From Treponema sp. J25 (GTDB taxonomy: Bacteria; Spirochaetota; Spirochaetia; Treponematales; Breznakiellaceae): 64,000 bases of DNA. The notes under the pieces are model-generated. The model saw only the letters and a program-made list of their open reading frames with translations. It was not told where the DNA came from and did not search any database. Below, one piece after another: positions 51,114 through 59,885 of this stretch. The stretch spans positions 9,287 through 73,286 of the forward strand of contig NZ_PTQW01000032.1 of the NCBI RefSeq assembly GCF_004343725.1, read 5' to 3'. The number at the start of each line of letters is the position of its first letter. Positions within the stretch are counted from its first letter, which is position 1. The translations under genes were made by a program, and so were the position numbers.

Positions 51114-51890
51114 TTAACGGCTTAAACGCCGTAGGCTAAACTGGTCCGCCGGGAGTTTTACATCGAGCTGGATGTTTTGCATCACAAAACGGGTGCCCGC
51201 CGTTTTTTTCAACATGTCCCGCATGACAAGCTCGGTGACAAACCAGCGGTTGCCGACCCGTTCTACCTTAAGGCTCTCGCTCACCTTAAGGAGTTTTCCG
51301 CTCTTAGCGTACATTTCGGCTTTCAGGGGAACAAAGCGCTCCCCATCTATCCAGAGTTTTTGTTTTTCGTAGGAAACATTCCGTACCTTGGCGGTAAGCT
51401 CCACCACATAGGCAGGGCGTTCCCCGACCTGTTCGGTGCCAAGCAAACGGGCATCGTACTTATCCAAAAGGGTTTCCGACTCCAGGGCATCCTCATAGGA
51501 AAAATCCGAGCCCATCATCCCTTCTTTTAAAAGATGTCCCGCTATCTTTACCGTTTCCTGCTCTTCCGGGAAGTACATCCACAGTTCCTTATCGATCTTA
51601 AGGTAGCGGATGCCCCGATCCTCGGGATTCACAAATTCCACAAAGGCCCGGCGACTCCCTTCAGCGACGGCCACCATCTCTTTTACCAGGGTCCGTCGTC
51701 CCTGATCGATAATCATCTGACCCCGATAGGAAATGGTCCCGATGTTTTTCTGTGCATCGTAGCGACGAAGCACTTCTTCCACCGTGAGGGACGGAAGCGG
51801 GGTAAGGCTCTGGGCCATCCCACGATAGGGTTGGCACAGAACCCCTAACAGCATTATCAGCCCCAGCATATATCGTTGTACTCTTTTCAT
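51114..51890 (-). CDS. LolA-like outer-membrane lipoprotein-sorting protein
   Basis: Signal peptide and the LolA_like (DUF4292-type) architecture. It is the last gene of the ABC permease/ATPase operon. Confidence 0.6.
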   Translation of the reverse strand: MKRVQRYMLGLIMLLGVLCQPYRGMAQSLTPLPSLTVEEVLRRYDAQKNIGTISYRGQMIIDQGRRTLVKEMVAVAEGSRRAFVEFVNPEDRGIRYLKIDKELWMYFPEEQETVKIAGHLLKEGMMGSDFSYEDALESETLLDKYDARLLGTEQVGERPAYVVELTAKVRNVSYEKQKLWIDGERFVPLKAEMYAKSGKLLKVSESLKVERVGNRWFVTELVMRDMLKKTAGTRFVMQNIQLDVKLPADQFSLRRLSR

Positions 51891-53158
51891 ATCACGCTCC
51901 TTATAGCAATTACCGGATCCAGTTGGGCCGCCCTTCGACTGGGTAAATACGACACCAGCAATGAAACAAGCACCCCGATGCCAAACATCATAAGGCTCCC
52001 CGGAATGCTAACCACCGTATAAAAGATGGGATCCATGGGAAACGTAAGGCCCGACATGGCCGAGGTATAATCGATACCCACAATAGAGAAGAGGTAACAG
52101 ATTCCCAGTCCCAACAGGGCCCCGATACCACTTCCCACAATCCCCATGGCCAGGCCTTCGCTGATAAAGAGGGCTAGAATTTCCCTCTTTTTAAGTCCCA
52201 TGGCTTTAAGGATACCTATCTCCCGCCGGCGCTCCAGCACCACCATCATCAAGATATTCGAAATGATAAGGGCCCCTAAAAAGGCGATGACCCAGTAGAT
52301 AACCCCGTATATAGTCTCCATCATTTTGATGAGCCGGGGATAGTCCCCGATCTCCGTCCAGGGCTTTACCAGGAGATCCGTCTGTACCGGGGCAACCAGT
52401 TGGGCCACGCGGCGGGCGATTTCCGGAGCCCTGGTATAATCCCGCAGCATGATAAGAATTTGCTGGACCCCACCACCGGTTCGCAGGAATTCCCGGGCAT
52501 CCTCCAGGGGAATCTGGAAAAAGGTTCGGTCCATCTGGGTAAGCCCCGTTTTAAAGAGCCCCACGATTGTAAAATTGCGAAGCCGTAAACTGGAATCGGC
52601 CCCCTGGGTTAAAATCCGCAGGGTATCTCCTACGCTGAGTCCCAACTTCTCTGCAAGCTGATACCCCAGGATTACCTCCCGATTTCCCCCGAGGTAGCGC
52701 CCCTGTACAATACTTCTATCTAAATTGAGCAAGTACTGTTCTACCTTCGCATCCCCCGCGATACCCATAGCAGCCACCGTAGTCGGACCGCTCGAAAGAA
52801 GGGTCCCAAAGGTAATCCGGGGGGCGATATACTGAATCTCCTGAGAAAGGATCGCATCCTCCCGAAGACGGGAGAGAAGCTCTTCGGGATCCAAAACCAG
52901 TTCATCCAGGGGCATAAAACGGGCCCGTTCATCAAAGCCCCGGGTGGTAATCCGAATGTGACCGCTTTCATTTTTGGTGATGTTCTTCACCAGATTCTGA
53001 AGCACCCCATTGGCAAGGCCATACATAAAGGACATGAGCATCACCGAAAGGGTGATGGAACTGACGGCTAACAGGGTTCTCCGACGGTTCCGCCGGATAT
53101 TTCGAAACGCCATAGCAATTATCCACATAGGAGCCTCCCTATACAAAGCGCAGGGCAT
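51887..53158 (-). CDS. ABC transporter permease, FtsX/LolE-like
   Basis: FtsX-like C-terminal 4-TM bundle plus a MacB_PCD-type periplasmic domain. It overlaps both neighbouring genes. Confidence 0.8.
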   Translation of the reverse strand: MPCALYREAPMWIIAMAFRNIRRNRRRTLLAVSSITLSVMLMSFMYGLANGVLQNLVKNITKNESGHIRITTRGFDERARFMPLDELVLDPEELLSRLREDAILSQEIQYIAPRITFGTLLSSGPTTVAAMGIAGDAKVEQYLLNLDRSIVQGRYLGGNREVILGYQLAEKLGLSVGDTLRILTQGADSSLRLRNFTIVGLFKTGLTQMDRTFFQIPLEDAREFLRTGGGVQQILIMLRDYTRAPEIARRVAQLVAPVQTDLLVKPWTEIGDYPRLIKMMETIYGVIYWVIAFLGALIISNILMMVVLERRREIGILKAMGLKKREILALFISEGLAMGIVGSGIGALLGLGICYLFSIVGIDYTSAMSGLTFPMDPIFYTVVSIPGSLMMFGIGVLVSLLVSYLPSRRAAQLDPVIAIRSVI

Positions 53159-54380
53159 CGGTCACTTCCATCTTACTTGCCCGTTTTGCGGGTCCCCAGC
53201 TGGCCATGATGGCAAGAAGAAAGCCCAACGAGAGGGCTACCACAAAGGCATCGGGGTTCCACTCTCCATACAGGTTTCCGCTTAAGGGAAGTCCCATATC
53301 GATATTTCCCATCATCGCGTCCAGGGGAAAGCCATACACAATAAGCTGGAGGTCCAGAAGCAATCCAAACAAAAGGCCCGATGCGGAACCCACAAGGCCA
53401 ATAATCGCCCCTTCAATCATAAAAAGACGGCGGATTTGCCGGGGGTTAAGCCCAAAGGCCCGAAGGACCCCAATTTCTTTAATCCGGCTGAACACGCTCA
53501 TCAAAATAGTATTGGCAATGCCAAGTCCTCCAATAAGGAGCACCACCAGGATGATGATGCTGGCCCCCTTTGATTTAGCCTTAGAAAGTTCCAGGAAGGC
53601 CCGGCCAACTTCGCCAAAGCTCTTGGCTCGGAGCTCCGGGAAACGTTCTTCTATTTTACGGGCCAGTTCATCAGAGTCCGCCATGGCCCAGGCAAGGTTG
53701 GTCCGTTTTTCCATGCGCACCGAAATTTCCGTGCGCAGGCCCTCGAGCTCAAGGAAATCTTCGCCTACCGAGAAGGGAATAAAAACCGTCCCCTTGTTAA
53801 GTGAGGGTTCTGGGGCATGCAACAGTCCCACTATCTGAAAATCCCGGGCATTATGGGCCTCCCAGCGGGTGCGCCCCGCCAGGGTAATCCAATCACCAAG
53901 ACCCACGCCCAACTCTGTGGCCAGGGCTTTACCTACGATGATTGGAGCCGCCACATCTTGCGGGAACCAGCTTCCTTCTATATACTCTCCCAGGGTATAC
54001 ACTCTGCGATCCTTCTCGGGGTCTATCACCGTAATAAGCACCGGCGTCGCATCCCGGCCGTTGGAAAGCTGCCCCAGAGCCCTGGTCCGTGTGGTAACCG
54101 CCAGAACCCGGGGATCTTCTTTCAGAGCCGACTCCACTTCCTGAAGCCGGTCTATCCCGTAATCCAGCGAATAGCCCCCCTCCTCCTCATACTGACGGGT
54201 GGTAATTTTTAGGGACGAATCGGTAAGGTTGATGATATTTTCCAGGCCCACCCGATCCATCCCCTTCAACATCGAATCCATCCATATGAAGAGGCCCAGG
54301 CCAAAGGTCATGGTCACAATCGTAAGGGCCGTGCGTTTTCCGTGACGCCATACGTTTCGCCAGGCAATTTTCCATAACAT
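53139..54380 (-). CDS. ABC transporter permease, FtsX/LolC-like
   Basis: Same architecture as the adjacent permease gene, to which it is a paralog. Confidence 0.8.
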   Translation of the reverse strand: MLWKIAWRNVWRHGKRTALTIVTMTFGLGLFIWMDSMLKGMDRVGLENIINLTDSSLKITTRQYEEEGGYSLDYGIDRLQEVESALKEDPRVLAVTTRTRALGQLSNGRDATPVLITVIDPEKDRRVYTLGEYIEGSWFPQDVAAPIIVGKALATELGVGLGDWITLAGRTRWEAHNARDFQIVGLLHAPEPSLNKGTVFIPFSVGEDFLELEGLRTEISVRMEKRTNLAWAMADSDELARKIEERFPELRAKSFGEVGRAFLELSKAKSKGASIIILVVLLIGGLGIANTILMSVFSRIKEIGVLRAFGLNPRQIRRLFMIEGAIIGLVGSASGLLFGLLLDLQLIVYGFPLDAMMGNIDMGLPLSGNLYGEWNPDAFVVALSLGFLLAIMASWGPAKRASKMEVTDALRFV

Positions 54381-54382
54381 GG

Positions 54383-55144
54383 TTATACCCCCCGAGTTGA
54401 GTCGGCCTGTGGTGCAAAGCGTCCAGGCGAACTGTTGTGTGGCCCCTCGGCAGGGGCACCCTCCCGCCGGTCATCGCTAAAGATTTTTCCATCCCGGATG
54501 GTTACCACCCGGCGGGCGTGTTTTTGGACAAGGGCATCGTGGGTAGAAAAGATAAACGTGGCCCCCCGTTCCTTGTTTATCCGCGCCATAAGGTCCACGA
54601 TTTCTTCGGCCGTGTGGGAGTCCAGATTGGCCGTGGGCTCATCGGCCAGCACTATGTAGGGTTCCTTAACCAGGGCCCGGGCAATAGCCACCCGCTGTTC
54701 CTGGCCCCCCGATAGTTCCCGGGGATAGCGATTTTCGGTGCCCTCAAGCCCCACCGCATGGATAAGATCCAGAGCCCGGTTACGAATCTGTTGGCGGGAA
54801 AGCCGCCGTTCTATCACCAGGGGTAGTTCCACATTTTCCAGAACGGTAAGAACCGGAATTAAATTATAGGATTGAAAAATGAAGGAAATGTGATGCTTCC
54901 GATACTCGGACCGTTCGTTTTCCGTCATTGAGCCAAGAATTTGGCCATTATACCGAATAATTCCTTCCGTAAGACTATCAAGGCACCCAATAATGTTGAG
55001 CAGGGTGGTTTTCCCCGAACCAGAGGGGCCCACGATAGCCATGAATTGTCCCTTTTCGATATCCAGGGTAATACCATCCAGGGCATGAATCGTTTCTGCC
55101 CCCTTTTGATAGTATCGCTTTATTCCTTCCAGTTGCAGAATCAT
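54383..55144 (-). CDS. ABC transporter ATP-binding protein (LolD/MacB-type)
   Basis: Walker A motif GPSGSGKTT, ABC signature LSGGQEQR and Walker B motif LADEPT. Confidence 0.9.
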   Translation of the reverse strand: MILQLEGIKRYYQKGAETIHALDGITLDIEKGQFMAIVGPSGSGKTTLLNIIGCLDSLTEGIIRYNGQILGSMTENERSEYRKHHISFIFQSYNLIPVLTVLENVELPLVIERRLSRQQIRNRALDLIHAVGLEGTENRYPRELSGGQEQRVAIARALVKEPYIVLADEPTANLDSHTAEEIVDLMARINKERGATFIFSTHDALVQKHARRVVTIRDGKIFSDDRREGAPAEGPHNSSPGRFAPQADSTRGV

Positions 55145-55163
55145 TCTCTACCTCCTGTCTCTC

Positions 55164-56297
55164 TTAGTTCTTTCCTTTCGGTTCCTGTTCAGAAGCCCCT
55201 GCCGCGTCCTTCTTCTTTTGTTGACGAATTTCCTGCAGGGCCTCAAGGCCAAAGACATCGGTGGCCTGTAATTCCTCGGTAATCGAATTGGGCACCAGCA
55301 TCATGGAATTTCCCGCCTTAAGCCCTTCATTCAAGATAGATAGATGTTTCAGGCGCAGGGCCGTATCGCTCGAGGCATAAATCTCCGCCGCATCCCGCAG
55401 GCGCTTTGCGATTTCGATTTCCGCCTCCGCAAGAAGCACCCGCCCTTTCTTTTCCCGCTCCGCCTGGGCAAGGCGACTCAAGGGCCCCTGTAATTCCTGG
55501 GGAATTTGAATGTCCGTAATTTCAATATGTTGAATGGTTATTCCCCAATCGGTGGTCTTTTTATCCACCTCTTCCCGGATTTGCCGTTCAATTTCATCGC
55601 CCTGTTCCAGGAAGGTACTCAGGTCATGCCTGCTGATGGCGCTGCGAAGGGCCGTTTTCGCCGAGAGGATGACCGCCTCTTCGTAGTGTTCTACTTCGCA
55701 GATAGCCTTTTCAGGATCCCAGACAAGCCAGAAACAGATCGCATCTACTGTCACGGTAACCGAATCCCGGGTAAGGGTGGTCTCCGCCGAGAAATCGGTC
55801 ACCCGGATACGGAGATCTACCACCGAGGCTATCCGGTCAAGGATAGGAAAGAGTAAGAACACCCCTGGCCCCTTTACACGATAAAACTTTCCGAGCCGTA
55901 AAACGATTGCCCGCTCCCATTCGTCAAGCCGCTGAAAAGCGGGGGCCACAAAGGCCCCAAAGGCGGCACAGAGCACCGCCAGCTGGGGGTCTTTTAGCAC
56001 CCAGATAAGTATAAGAAGAGTAATAATAAGAAACACCTTGATTGCCACCTTCCAGCGGGGGAACAGGCTCATGATGAAAGAAGTTCCTATGGGGGCTCCT
56101 AACAGGGCTCCTACATCCACCCAGCCAAGGGGAAGTCCCCGAACAAAGCGAATGCCGCTTAGGGTAAGCAAAAATAACAGTACCACCCCCAGCCCAATAG
56201 TCTGAACAGTGAAATCCCGGGGATTTCCCCGCTTAGGTGGGTTTTTAATATAACTTTTATGGGCTTCTTTCTTTCCAAACCAGCTTTCTAGTCCCAT
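55164..56297 (-). CDS. SPFH/band-7 (stomatin/prohibitin-like) membrane protein
   Basis: SPFH core (…IVLRLGKFYRVKGPG…) with N-terminal TM segments. Confidence 0.8.
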   Translation of the reverse strand: MGLESWFGKKEAHKSYIKNPPKRGNPRDFTVQTIGLGVVLLFLLTLSGIRFVRGLPLGWVDVGALLGAPIGTSFIMSLFPRWKVAIKVFLIITLLILIWVLKDPQLAVLCAAFGAFVAPAFQRLDEWERAIVLRLGKFYRVKGPGVFLLFPILDRIASVVDLRIRVTDFSAETTLTRDSVTVTVDAICFWLVWDPEKAICEVEHYEEAVILSAKTALRSAISRHDLSTFLEQGDEIERQIREEVDKKTTDWGITIQHIEITDIQIPQELQGPLSRLAQAEREKKGRVLLAEAEIEIAKRLRDAAEIYASSDTALRLKHLSILNEGLKAGNSMMLVPNSITEELQATDVFGLEALQEIRQQKKKDAAGASEQEPKGKN

Positions 56298-56298
56298 C

Positions 56299-56700
56299 CT
56301 ATTCCTCCTTAAACTCCTGTATAAGTTGAATGAGTTCTTCCTTATTTTTTACACCCAGGGCTTCCATCTCCCGGAAAAAGCGCCCCAGGCATTCTTCTAT
56401 CTTTTTTTGCCGTTCCGCCTCTTCGATATCGATCTTTTTATCCGAAATGTAGGTGCCGCTCCCCACCTGGGTTACCACGAGGCCCCGGAGTTCCAGTTCG
56501 TTGTAGGCCTTGGCGATGGTGTTCGGATTTATCTGCAGTTCAATGGCCAGGGACCGAATGGTAGGCAGCCTATCCCCCGGCACCAGGCGACCCGCCAGAA
56601 TCGCCTGTTCTACCTGCTGGATAATCTGCCGATAAAAGGGCACCCCCGAGGCGGGATCCAGGATAAAATCGATTTTATGGCGTATATTTGAACTACTCAT
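56299..56700 (-). CDS. GntR-family transcriptional regulator (short YtrA-like)
   Basis: wHTH region …VPFYRQIIQQVEQAILAGRLVPGDRLPTIRSLAIELQINPNTIAKAYNELE…; length 133 aa. It heads the SPFH-ABC operon. Confidence 0.8.
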   Translation of the reverse strand: MSSSNIRHKIDFILDPASGVPFYRQIIQQVEQAILAGRLVPGDRLPTIRSLAIELQINPNTIAKAYNELELRGLVVTQVGSGTYISDKKIDIEEAERQKKIEECLGRFFREMEALGVKNKEELIQLIQEFKEE

Positions 56701-56703
56701 CTA

Positions 56704-56736
56704 TGACAATTGTACTATTGTTATAGTACAATGTCA
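56704..56736. promoter_or_regulatory. Near-perfect 33-bp palindrome TGACAATTGTACTAT-TGT-TATAGTACAATGTCA abutting the GntR gene start; candidate operator
   Basis: Read directly from the sequence. GntR operators are typically (T)GT-N-AC(A)-containing palindromes. Confidence 0.5.
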
Positions 56737-57030
56737 AGACAAAACAGGAAATTTCCCCGTGAAATAGGTGCGAAGCATGTACCGGTTACCGAGAAGCAGG
56801 TGAGGCGAATCATGGTTCGGACCAAATTACAAGCGATTTTCCCAGGTCGGAATCTGTCAAAGGCCCGACAGGAGCATAAAAAGTATCCGTATCTTCTTGC
56901 TGGCAATAAAATACGATATCCGAATCAGGTGTGGGCAACTGATCTGACCTATATCAAGCTGCCTTCGGGTCATGTCTATTTGATGGCAATCATTGTGGAC
57001 CTGCCCCGGTATAGTGGAGAGGTAGTTAAG
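56710..57030 (+). mobile_element. IS3-family transposase OrfB internal fragment (remnant A), truncated at both ends
   Basis: …VTEKQVRRIMVRTKLQAIF…KYPYLLAGNKIRYPNQVWATDLTYIKLPSGHVYLMAIIVD… is a typical IS3 OrfB N-terminal region. It is cut off at ~57026 exactly where the minus-strand copy ends. Confidence 0.7.
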
Positions 57031-57545
57031 CCTCTTTTCGTGCAACCATCGCGGGAGCTTTGTAGCCGTTCCGCGAATACAGCCTGATCCGATTATAGTA
57101 CACCTCGATGTATTCGAACACCGCCGACTTGACGTTCCGGCGGGATTTCCATCCGTCCAGTTCTTCCACTTCCCGTTTCAACGTCTTGAAAAAGGATTCC
57201 GCACAGGCATTGTCCTAGAGTTGCCCTTTCGCGACATGCTCCTGACCAGCATCGGAAGTGCCGCCGTCGAGGCTTCGCAAAATGCCGCCCCGCAGTGCAG
57301 GAAGGTTTGCGGCCGTTCCCTGCGTAGTACCCCGATGCGCTGACGGTAAGAACCTTTGCCATCTTCCCAATCGACCAACGATTCCGGTGGGCGTCCATGA
57401 ACCGAAAACTCATCTCTGTTTTCCGTTCACCGAGAAGATGGCTACCGCTTTTTTTAGTATTTCATTCGCCTCGCGGAGGTCCTCAACCTCGCGTAAGAGT
57501 CTGGTTATACTGAGCCCAGGTTGAAAGACCAAGGACGCGCAAGAA
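57026..57545 (-). mobile_element. IS3-family remnant B (minus strand): OrfA C-terminus, A7G slippery site, and OrfB disrupted by a frameshift and stop
   Basis: Minus-strand translation gives …LREVEDLREANEILKKAVAIFS… across CTAAAAAAAG, and …MDAHRNRWSIGKMAKVLTVSASGYY…ESFFKTLKREVEELDGWKSRRNVKSAVFEYIEVYYNRIRLYSRNGYKAPAMVARKEA* ending at 57026-28, with an internal TAG/frame break near 57215. Confidence 0.7.
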
Positions 57546-57552
57546 CTAAGGT

Positions 57553-58330
57553 GTGAATCGCCTCCTTGAGAGACAGGAGGAAGGAGGCGTAGAATCAGCC
57601 ATGCGCAAGCACTACGACAAAGAGTTCAAGGCCAAAGTAGCCTTGGATGCGGTACGGAGTGAGAAAACGATCCAGGAGATCGCGAAGGCCTTCGCGGTTC
57701 ATCCGAACCTCGTGAGCCTTTGGAAAAGACAGTTGCTCGAGAACGCGGGCAAGCTCTTTGAATAAAGAAGGGAAGGACAAGACAGCGGAAGAGGCCGAGC
57801 GGAAACAGGACCAGCTGTACAGGCAGATCGGTCAGCTCCAGGTGGAGAACGAGTTTCTAAAAAAAAGTACAGGCAACTGTACGGGACCGAGCCCAAGTTG
57901 TAGAGCCGGATGATCCGGAGCTTTCGATTCGGAGACAGTGCGAGCTTCTATCGATCAGCCGGACGGCCTACTACTACAAGCCGAAGAAGGAGGAGGAAAC
58001 CGAGGATCCCGAGCTGGGCATACTGCTCGCGATTCTGGACGAACTGCGGGAGCATCCCTTCTACGGGTACCGGAAGGTCGCCCTGGCGGTTTCGTACCTC
58101 GTGGTAAGCAGGAAACAGGTCCGCAGGATCATGGGAAAGACAGGCTGAGGACTATGTACCCTGGGGAACAGCTGTCCAAGCCGGACCGGAAGCATCCGAA
58201 GTATCCGTACCTGTTGAGGGGAAAGACGATCTGGATGCCCAATCAGGTATGGGCCTCCGAGATGAACCCCAATGAACCGGAGAAACACGGAGGGCCTCTT
58301 TACCCTGGACCGCAGGCTAAAACTGGTGCT
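57553..58330 (+). mobile_element. IS3-family remnant C (plus strand): OrfA with a frameshift, poly-A slippery site, and a 5' part of OrfB with a further frameshift, 3'-truncated
   Basis: MRKHYDKEFKAKVALDAVRSEKTIQEIAKAFAVHPNLVSLWKRQLLENAGKLFE*. The next frame gives …EEAERKQDQLYRQIGQLQVENEFLKKS…, then …RQCELLSISRTAYYYKP…GYRKVALAV…, then …KYPYLLRGKTIWMPNQVWASEM, after which homology is lost. Confidence 0.7.
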
Positions 58331-58344
58331 AACGTAAGGGGGCT

Positions 58345-59085
58345 CTAATCTACTACTTTTTCGTATTCGATGCTGACTATTTGAATGCCCGGCGTAGTGC
58401 AGATTATTTTATAATATTTGCTATAGCCCTTTTCAGCAAAAACAAGACCGAAATATTCCGCATTGGGCTGAAGGTCTACACTATAGAAAAGATTTTTTTC
58501 AAGTACATCGAGCCATTGTTTTCCCCTTTGGGCGTATTGGGAGACTGCCTCGAAATTTCTTTGTCTTGCCAGTTCTGCTGCTGTAGGGTCATAATAACTG
58601 GTTGAGCTGCTGTAGATACCGGAAACAGAACCATATCGAGATCCGCCGTATATGGTTCCGGTAGTGGATGTGTAACCTCTGCCGGCATCTATAGAACTAG
58701 CTACAGCTCCCAGTGCAAGCAGCACTGCCCCTGCGGTATATTCTGCTTTTTCTTTTCTATAATATTCTTCCGATGTATAAACCTTAAGTTTTTTCCAGTT
58801 TACCCTATCGTCGCTTTCATAAACAGAAAAATGGGTATCTGTAAATGAAATTGTTTTTCCTGAATAATTTTTTATTGCAATTTTTATCATTAAATCCTCA
58901 TCAACATAGACAGGATAGATGATCATACCAATATTTTGGTCGGTATAAACAGGGTAGTAAGCAGATCTTTCCTGAATAACCTGAATCTGATCATTTTGAA
59001 TGGGTACAAAATGGTATGTTGCGCATGAAATTACAGAAAGTACCAGTAATAACAAAATGCTCATCCTGCAGTAATGATTTTTCAC
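58345..59085 (-). CDS. Hypothetical lipoprotein, AT-rich gene with a Tyr/Ser/Gly-rich segment
   Basis: Signal sequence plus lipobox-like …LLLVLSVISC; composition visibly lower in GC than its neighbours. It is the second gene of the σ54-promoter-driven unit. Confidence 0.5.
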   Translation of the reverse strand: MKNHYCRMSILLLLVLSVISCATYHFVPIQNDQIQVIQERSAYYPVYTDQNIGMIIYPVYVDEDLMIKIAIKNYSGKTISFTDTHFSVYESDDRVNWKKLKVYTSEEYYRKEKAEYTAGAVLLALGAVASSIDAGRGYTSTTGTIYGGSRYGSVSGIYSSSTSYYDPTAAELARQRNFEAVSQYAQRGKQWLDVLEKNLFYSVDLQPNAEYFGLVFAEKGYSKYYKIICTTPGIQIVSIEYEKVVD

Positions 59086-59100
59086 AAGATTCTCCTTGCT

Positions 59101-59643
59101 TTATTGAATAGCTTCTATGCTCGAATACCAAGGGAAATAACTCTTATATTTGCTAAGGTAATACTCCAGCCCTGTGGTGTTAAAAAAAAGGGTAATGGGA
59201 TCTTGATAAGAAGGGGTACAGCGGACTACGAATCTATCGGCTTTTGCTATTTGTTGTAATAGTTCAGAGATGTCTCCTATGTAAAAGCTTGCTTCCCCAT
59301 CGGTCGAATTAGACCAGAATGTTCTTTGGGCTGGATTATTTCCAACTCTAAAATCAATATATTTACCCCGAAGATTAAAATATTCTATATCACTTCCCAA
59401 AAAGGTATTCCAGATAATAAATAGCTCGATTGTTTCAGAAGTAGCTCGAATTACCAAACGTTCTTTAGTTTTAAAATAATTTTTTGGCCCATCTGCCTCA
59501 AGGATTAAGAATACTTTTGATTCGTCGGTAATTGGGTCCGTTTCTTCATAATCTATCCATTCTGAATCGGGTGGTGGGCTTTGGGCCGGGATAGAAGAAA
59601 GGGAAACCAGCATAGCCACGATCATAACAAATGTTCGTTTCAT
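59101..59643 (-). CDS. Hypothetical secreted protein, AT-rich gene
   Basis: Start set at MKRTFVMIVAMLVSLSSIPAQ, which is preceded by an AGAGGA ribosome-binding site; the ORF-track extension runs to 59787. No family was recognised. Confidence 0.5.
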   Translation of the reverse strand: MKRTFVMIVAMLVSLSSIPAQSPPPDSEWIDYEETDPITDESKVFLILEADGPKNYFKTKERLVIRATSETIELFIIWNTFLGSDIEYFNLRGKYIDFRVGNNPAQRTFWSNSTDGEASFYIGDISELLQQIAKADRFVVRCTPSYQDPITLFFNTTGLEYYLSKYKSYFPWYSSIEAIQ

Positions 59644-59667
59644 ATTTATTCCTCTTTTTTGTGTTAA

Positions 59668-59683
59668 TGCAAATATCATGCCA
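59668..59683 (-). promoter_or_regulatory. σ54-type promoter on the minus strand (TGGCAT-N5-TTGCA, -24 GG / -12 GC) about 25 nt upstream of the 59643 start codon
   Basis: Plus strand reads TGCAAATATCATGCCA, whose reverse complement is TGGCATGATATTTGCA, against the consensus TGGCAC-N5-TTGCW. Spacing to the RBS and ATG is correct. The promoter is divergent from a σ54 enhancer-binding-protein gene. Confidence 0.55.
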
Positions 59684-59758
59684 AGTGTTTTTTGGTGGAA
59701 AGACCCTGGCGGGGTACGTAAAAAGCAGTATTTCATAGCACTAAGGGCCAGGAAAACA

Positions 59759-59794
59759 GTAACGATAGTTTCATAGTTACGGAACAAAAGTTAC
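59759..59794. repeat. 36-nt nested palindrome GTAACGATAGTTTCATAGTTACGGAACAAAAGTTAC (copy 1), ~95-120 bp upstream of the σ54 promoter; candidate enhancer (UAS) or CRISPR-repeat-like element
   Basis: Outer arms GTAAC/GTTAC and inner arms GTT(T/C)C/GGAAC. A second copy lies at 62647-62682 with 28 of 36 positions identical. Confidence 0.55.
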
Positions 59795-59885
59795 GAAGCA
59801 TTATGAAAACTAATCTTATAGGGGTGTCTAAAATAAAAAGAATGGTGGCTGCTGTGGCACCTGTAATTGGCATGTTTTATGCAGA

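Noticed and set aside
57258-57524. 88-aa plus-strand ORF within the IS region
   Set aside because: It is the antisense shadow of the minus-strand IS3 orfB/orfA remnant.
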